From: an uncultured delta proteobacterium
GTDB lineage: Bacteria; Myxococcota; Myxococcia; Myxococcales; Myxococcaceae
Reading direction: 5' to 3'
DNA length: 64,000 nucleotides
NCBI GenBank assembly: GCA_963713045.1
Contig: CAVQKE010000001.1
Span: 352,001-416,000, forward strand
Both the position numbers and the translations under genes were made by a program. The notes below the pieces were generated by a model, which saw nothing but the letters and a program-made list of their open reading frames with translations, made no database searches and had not been told where the DNA came from. This document shows, piece by piece, positions 59,399 to 64,000 of this stretch. Within the stretch, counting starts at the first letter, position 1. The number at the start of each line of letters is the position of its first letter.

Positions 59399-59728
59399 TC
59401 AGTCGCCCTTGAAGAGGTTGAGGATGGAGTCAATCAGCGGTGTCTTGCGCTTTTCGTGGGTCGCTTGGGCCTTCAGCCGGCGGAGTTGCTCGGCGTCGAG
59501 CCAAACGCCGTGACAGTTGAAACAGGAGTCCAGGTGCAGTTGGCCCTCGTCCAGGCTGTGCAGGTCAAAGCCGCACTTCGGGCACTTCATGTAATGCTCC
59601 GCCTTCAGTGCGTCGCGCTGCCGCTGGGCCAGCACCTGCCCCTGTTGGAAGGCCAGCTTGCGCTTGGCCTCCACCTCCTCGGCGGCGAAGTAGTCATCCT
59701 CAGGCCTCGACGGTTTGTCCAGTGACAT
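59399..59728 (-). CDS. zf-TFIIB-like zinc-ribbon protein
   Basis: EDDYF N-terminus, MKCPKCG..DSCFNCHGVWLD. Confidence 0.85.
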   Translation of the reverse strand: MSLDKPSRPEDDYFAAEEVEAKRKLAFQQGQVLAQRQRDALKAEHYMKCPKCGFDLHSLDEGQLHLDSCFNCHGVWLDAEQLRRLKAQATHEKRKTPLIDSILNLFKGD

Positions 59729-59735
59729 GCCTTCC

Positions 59736-61178
59736 TCACTCCTTCAAGCTCTCCAGTGCCGCGCGCGCGGCACGGGCCTCAGGGTCATGCGGCCAGCCTT
59801 CCAGGTAGCGCTGGTAGGCCGCCCGCGCTTCCGGTACCCGCCCCAGTGAGCGGTATGTCTCCGCGAGCCCCAGCACAGCTACTCCACTCTGAGGGTCGAG
59901 TTCCAGCGCCTGGTTGAATTCGAAAAGGGCTTCGTGCCGGCGGCCCAAGTCGAGCAGCGCCAGCGCGCGCCCGCTGTGGGCCTCGGCAGACAACGGCTGG
60001 AGGGCCAGCGCCTTGTCATACGCCGCCAAGGCGCCGGCGGCCCGCTCGTGGGTGCGGCGCCGCGTCGCCTCGGCCATCCACTCTTCAAAGGTCTGCGGCC
60101 CAGCACGCACCCCCACGGGCGTGCTGGGGATGACGGAGGCCTCCGGCGCTGGTGCAATGGCACTCGCCGGAAGCGCTGGGGCCGCCAGGGATGGGGCGGG
60201 GACGGCTGGAACTGAGGGCCCCAGCAAGCCGTGCGGGGAAGTGCCGGCGTCCGGGGAAGGTGCGGCCCCACCGTCCAGCGCGGCCGCGGCCGTCAGGGCA
60301 GAAAGCAATTCGTCCTTGGCGCGCTGCTCGGCGGCCTTCTGCCGCGCCTCGTGGTCGGCCTGCTCGCGCGCAAGCTGACTGTTGCGCGCCTGTTCCGCGC
60401 TGGCCCGCTGCATTTCCGGTCGCCAGAGGTAGACGTAGGCCCACGCGCCTCCGGCCGCCAGCAGGAGGAAGAGGGCGAAAAGCAAAAGCCAGCCCCCCGT
60501 GCCGCGCTTCAGCTTGGGCGGCTCCCAGTCGTCGGCCTCGGCCACCCCGAGGCTGCGCCCGCCCTTGGTAAAGGCCGGCTCCTCCGCGCTGCTGCGCAGG
60601 CGCGTCGGCTGAAAGGTGGAGATGGGCGGGGCCTGGCTTTGGGGCGGAGGCGGCGGCGCGGCGGCGGTGGCCACGGGCGGCGCGGCGGGACGGGGCGGCT
60701 CCAGCGCCGGCGGTGGCTCCAGCGCCGGCGGTGGCTCCACCACCGGAGGGGCCTTGGGGACGTCCGCAGCTGGAGGCGAGGTTCGCCCTTCGGCCTCCAG
60801 GGCCGCCAGACGCGCCACGGCCGCCGCGGCGGTGAAGAAAACGCGCAAGTCCGGGATGGCGCCGAGGACGCGCCACGTCTCACCGTCCAGGCCGACTTCA
60901 TCCTCGGGCGACAGCTTCCCTTCCACAATCCACCGCTGCAGCGTCGTCAATTCGCGCAAGGAAGACAGCGAGCCATTGCGGCGGCGGACCCGCCACGCGC
61001 GGCGCGGACTGTCGGCCGCTGGGGGTGCAGCCGCCGGGCCGGCACCGGTCGGCGAGGGGGGCCTCGGCGCCAAAAACACGTGCCCACACCGGGAACAGCG
61101 GACGCGCGCGCCGGCGGGACCGAGGCGCGCCTCCTCGAGCGAATAGCTGGTTCCGCAGCGCTCGCAATGGACGTCCAC
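59736..61178 (-). CDS. MJ0042-type zinc-ribbon / GYF-like / Pro-rich / TM / TPR protein
   Basis: CERC..CSRC, LQRWI..G, one TM, C-terminal TPRs; GGAGGAG before GTG 61178. Confidence 0.85.
   Translation of the reverse strand: MDVHCERCGTSYSLEEARLGPAGARVRCSRCGHVFLAPRPPSPTGAGPAAAPPAADSPRRAWRVRRRNGSLSSLRELTTLQRWIVEGKLSPEDEVGLDGETWRVLGAIPDLRVFFTAAAAVARLAALEAEGRTSPPAADVPKAPPVVEPPPALEPPPALEPPRPAAPPVATAAAPPPPPQSQAPPISTFQPTRLRSSAEEPAFTKGGRSLGVAEADDWEPPKLKRGTGGWLLLFALFLLLAAGGAWAYVYLWRPEMQRASAEQARNSQLAREQADHEARQKAAEQRAKDELLSALTAAAALDGGAAPSPDAGTSPHGLLGPSVPAVPAPSLAAPALPASAIAPAPEASVIPSTPVGVRAGPQTFEEWMAEATRRRTHERAAGALAAYDKALALQPLSAEAHSGRALALLDLGRRHEALFEFNQALELDPQSGVAVLGLAETYRSLGRVPEARAAYQRYLEGWPHDPEARAARAALESLKE
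60697..60739. repeat. 18-bp coding tandem repeat (PPALEP), about 2.4 copies
   Basis: GGCTCCAGCGCCGGCGGT at 60697 and 60715, partial third copy at 60733. Confidence 0.85.
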
Positions 61179-61270
61179 CGCTCCTCCAACTCCCACAAAA
61201 GCCGAAAGCTGTCGAATTGCCCGCGCTGGGCGACAGCCGGCCGCACGGCCTGGCACCCCCCGGCGAAAAA

Positions 61271-61298
61271 TTGACCGGCCCCCCACCCCCCCTACACT
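61271..61298 (+). promoter_or_regulatory. Putative sigma70 promoter of ftsK
   Basis: TTGACC-N16-TACACT preceded by AAAAA; spacer contains C6-A-C7. Confidence 0.5.
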
Positions 61299-61351
61299 CG
61301 CTCGACGCTCCAGAGTGGTTGCGAGCTGTAACAGCGAGGGTGTCACCGGCC

Positions 61352-64000
61352 ATGGCGGCAGCGCGGAAAGGACGAGCGGAGAAGGCTGTCTTGTCGCGGC
61401 AGGACATCACCTCGCGCCGGCGCAAGCTGGAACGTCAAAAGGTGGAAGCTGCAGGTGGCGGCTGGCGGCCGTTCGCCGCCTTGGGCCTGTTGGCGCTGTC
61501 CAGCTTGGGCCTGGTGGCCCTCTTCAGCGAAAGCGGCGGCCTGCACCCGGCCAATGCCGCCGGTCCGGTGGGGCACGCCCTGTCGGCGCTGTTGTCCGGT
61601 TGGCTGGGGGTGTGCGCCGCGGCCATTCCGCTGGCCGGACTGTACGTCGCCGGCGCGCTGGCGGTGGGTGCCCGCGGCCGACGGCGCTGGCCGCAGGTTT
61701 TGTCCGCCACCGCGCTGCTGTTGTGCGTGGCGGTGCTGGCCGAACTGATTGCCGGCCGCCCGGACGCCCTTCACCCTCCCGGGGGGGCGGTCGGCCTGGC
61801 GTTGGCCGAGACGTTGACGGCGTGGTTTTCGGTGGTGGGCACGGTGATTGTGGTGGCCGCGGTGGGCGGTGGCGCGCTGCTGGTCACCACCCGCTTTGCC
61901 CTGTTGCGCTGGCTGGCCGCGGCCGGGCGCGGCCTCCTCGGCGTGGCGGAAAAAGGGCGCGCCGTCTTCCGCGCGCTGGGGGCAGCCAAGCAGCGCGCAC
62001 TGGAGGCGCGGACGCGCGCCCGGGCGGAGGCCAAGCTGGAGGAGGCTGCCTTCCTGGCGCAGCTGGAGGCGGATGACGAGGAACTGGCCGACGCCGAGCG
62101 CGAGGCGGGAGAGGCCGAAGCAGTGGCTGAGGAAGCGATGCGGCTGCACCATGAGGCCGAGGCGGCGCAGCTGCGCACGCCGCCCGCGGCCTCCCCCGGG
62201 ACCGACCCGGCCTGGGCCGCCTCGCTGGCCTCGGGGGTGACTGCGGCGGCGGAGCCCTCCGGCCGACGGCGGCGCCAGGCGGACGGCGCGCCGGTGGAGG
62301 GCCAAGCCACCGCGCCCGCGGCCATCGGCGAGGCCGTGCCCCCGCTGGCCCCGCCCCGGACGCCCCTGATTGTCGAGCCGAAGGCGCCTCCCAAGCCAAC
62401 CGCGCGCAAGGAGCAGGAGCAATTCGAATTCGTCGGGGGGCGGACCCGCTTCACCCTGCCGCCGTTGGACGTTTTGAGTTGCGAGAGGAAAGAGCGCAGC
62501 GCCCTGGACAAGGAAGTCTTCCTCAGCACCGCCGAGAAGCTGCGGGCGAAGCTGGCGGACTTCGGCATTGACGGCGAGGTGGTGGAGATTCGCCCCGGCC
62601 CGGTCGTCACCATGTACGAATTTCTCCCCGGGCCGGGCATCAAAGTTTCCAAAATTGCCTCCTTGGCCGATGACTTGGCCATGGCCATGGAAGCGATGCG
62701 GGTGCGGATTGTGGCCCCCATCCCGGGCAAGGGCGTGGTGGGGATTGAAGTCCCCAACCGCGACCGGGAGACGGTTTATCTGCGAGAGATTGTGGAGCAG
62801 GACGTCTTCCAGCGCTCGGCGTCCAAGCTGACGATGGCCCTGGGCAAGGACATCGAAGGCATGCCCTACGTCTTCGACTTGGCCAAGGCGCCGCACCTCC
62901 TCATCGCCGGCACCACCGGCTCCGGTAAGTCGGTGGCCGTCAACGCGATGATTATGAGCATCCTCCTCAAGGCGACGCCGGAGGAGGTCCGTTTCCTGAT
63001 GGTGGACCCGAAGATGCTCGAGCTCTCGGTGTACGAGGGCATTCCCCACCTGTTGTTGCCGGTGGTGACCGACCCCAAGAAGGCGGCGCTGGCACTGCGC
63101 TGGGCGGTGGAGGAGATGGAGCGCCGCTACGCGCTGCTGGCCGAGGCCGGCGTGCGCAACATCGCCGGCTACAACAAGTTGGTGGAAGGCGCTGGCGGCG
63201 ATGCACGCGCGCTGCTGGCGGCCAAAGAATCTGAGTCCCAGCGGGCGGCCCGCCCAGCCTCGACGCTGATTGTCGACGTGGCGGAGGGCGAGTCCGAGGA
63301 AGAGGCACTCTCCCGGGCGCGGGCCGAGTCGGTGGGCGTGCCGGTACCGAGGGAAGGGCCGGAGGAGCTGCGAGCGAGCCTCCACCCGGTGGAGACGGTG
63401 GAGGCGGCCAGCGTCCCGGCCGCCGACGCGTCCATTGAAGGGCGGGAGCTGCGCAAGCTTCCGTACCTGGTGGTCATCATCGATGAACTGGCGGACTTGA
63501 TGATGGTGGCCAGCCGAGAGGTGGAGACCTCCATCGCCCGGCTGGCGCAGATGGCACGGGCGGCGGGCATCCACTTGATGGTGGCCACCCAAAGGCCCTC
63601 CACCGACGTGGTGACCGGCGTCATCAAGGCCAACTTCCCGACCCGCATCACCTTCATGCTGCGCACCAAGCCAGATTCAATGACGATTCTCGGCACCACC
63701 GGGGCCGAGTCGCTGCTGGGCATGGGCGACATGCTGCTGATGCCGCCCACCAGCGCGCACCTCACCCGCGTCCATGGGGCTTTCGTCTCGGAGCCGGAAA
63801 TCAAGGCTGCGGTGGACCACCTCAAAGCCCAGGGCAAACCCGTCTATGACGAGTCCATCCTCCGGGCCCGGGAGGAGGACGCCTCCGACGGTGGCCTGGA
63901 GGATGAACTCTCCGACGAATTGTATGACCAGGCGCTGGCCACGGTGAGCGAGATGCGCCAGGTCAGCATCAGCATGCTGCAGCGGAAGATGCGCATCGGC
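61352..64000 (+). CDS. ftsK: DNA translocase FtsK (3' end beyond window)
   Basis: Not in ORF track (no stop in window). 4-TM N-terminus, GPVVTMYE, PHLLIAGTTGSGKS, IIDELADLM, ATQRPS and the gamma-domain SISMLQRK all lie in the same frame as ATG 61352. Confidence 0.96.
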   Translation, partial: MAAARKGRAEKAVLSRQDITSRRRKLERQKVEAAGGGWRPFAALGLLALSSLGLVALFSESGGLHPANAAGPVGHALSALLSGWLGVCAAAIPLAGLYVAGALAVGARGRRRWPQVLSATALLLCVAVLAELIAGRPDALHPPGGAVGLALAETLTAWFSVVGTVIVVAAVGGGALLVTTRFALLRWLAAAGRGLLGVAEKGRAVFRALGAAKQRALEARTRARAEAKLEEAAFLAQLEADDEELADAEREAGEAEAVAEEAMRLHHEAEAAQLRTPPAASPGTDPAWAASLASGVTAAAEPSGRRRRQADGAPVEGQATAPAAIGEAVPPLAPPRTPLIVEPKAPPKPTARKEQEQFEFVGGRTRFTLPPLDVLSCERKERSALDKEVFLSTAEKLRAKLADFGIDGEVVEIRPGPVVTMYEFLPGPGIKVSKIASLADDLAMAMEAMRVRIVAPIPGKGVVGIEVPNRDRETVYLREIVEQDVFQRSASKLTMALGKDIEGMPYVFDLAKAPHLLIAGTTGSGKSVAVNAMIMSILLKATPEEVRFLMVDPKMLELSVYEGIPHLLLPVVTDPKKAALALRWAVEEMERRYALLAEAGVRNIAGYNKLVEGAGGDARALLAAKESESQRAARPASTLIVDVAEGESEEEALSRARAESVGVPVPREGPEELRASLHPVETVEAASVPAADASIEGRELRKLPYLVVIIDELADLMMVASREVETSIARLAQMARAAGIHLMVATQRPSTDVVTGVIKANFPTRITFMLRTKPDSMTILGTTGAESLLGMGDMLLMPPTSAHLTRVHGAFVSEPEIKAAVDHLKAQGKPVYDESILRAREEDASDGGLEDELSDELYDQALATVSEMRQVSISMLQRKMRIG

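Noticed and set aside
61343..63592. 749-aa minus-strand ORF
   Set aside because: Antisense shadow of ftsK, typical of high-GC DNA.
1..64000. CRISPR arrays, tRNA/rRNA, transposases, integrases, phage or defence genes
   Set aside because: No spaced repeats or diagnostic motifs seen; composition looks uniform.

Overview
Very GC-rich, gene-dense bacterial chromosome segment of about 56 genes. Its content (FHA-domain sigma54 activator, Hanks-type kinase, elb-type lipid cluster, zinc-ribbon/TPR protein, standalone SWIB) points to Myxococcota. I found no rRNA, tRNA, CRISPR array, prophage or IS element. Housekeeping and accessory genes include gatCAB, rplU-rpmA-obgE-trmH, rnj, rimO, lolA, ftsK (runs off the end and is absent from the ORF track), pcrA/uvrD, sua5, hemH, apaG, glgX, glgC, a Gld-like ABC system, a Cpx-like two-component operon and ada. 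Most notable: (1) a coupled GNAT / OlsA-like acyltransferase / altered ureohydrolase operon (51157-53416) that may make an undescribed aminolipid; (2) an elbA-E-like ether-lipid operon (18390-27068) with a LarA-like member and a coupled ArnT-like glycosyltransferase; (3) an Ogt-AlkA fusion whose alkyltransferase Cys is Ser; (4) a kinase / FHA-EBP / sigma54 promoter / 57-aa small-protein module followed by a highly structured intergenic region; (5) two genes broken at G homopolymers, probably assembly errors. All functional calls come from motif recognition by eye; no searches were run.
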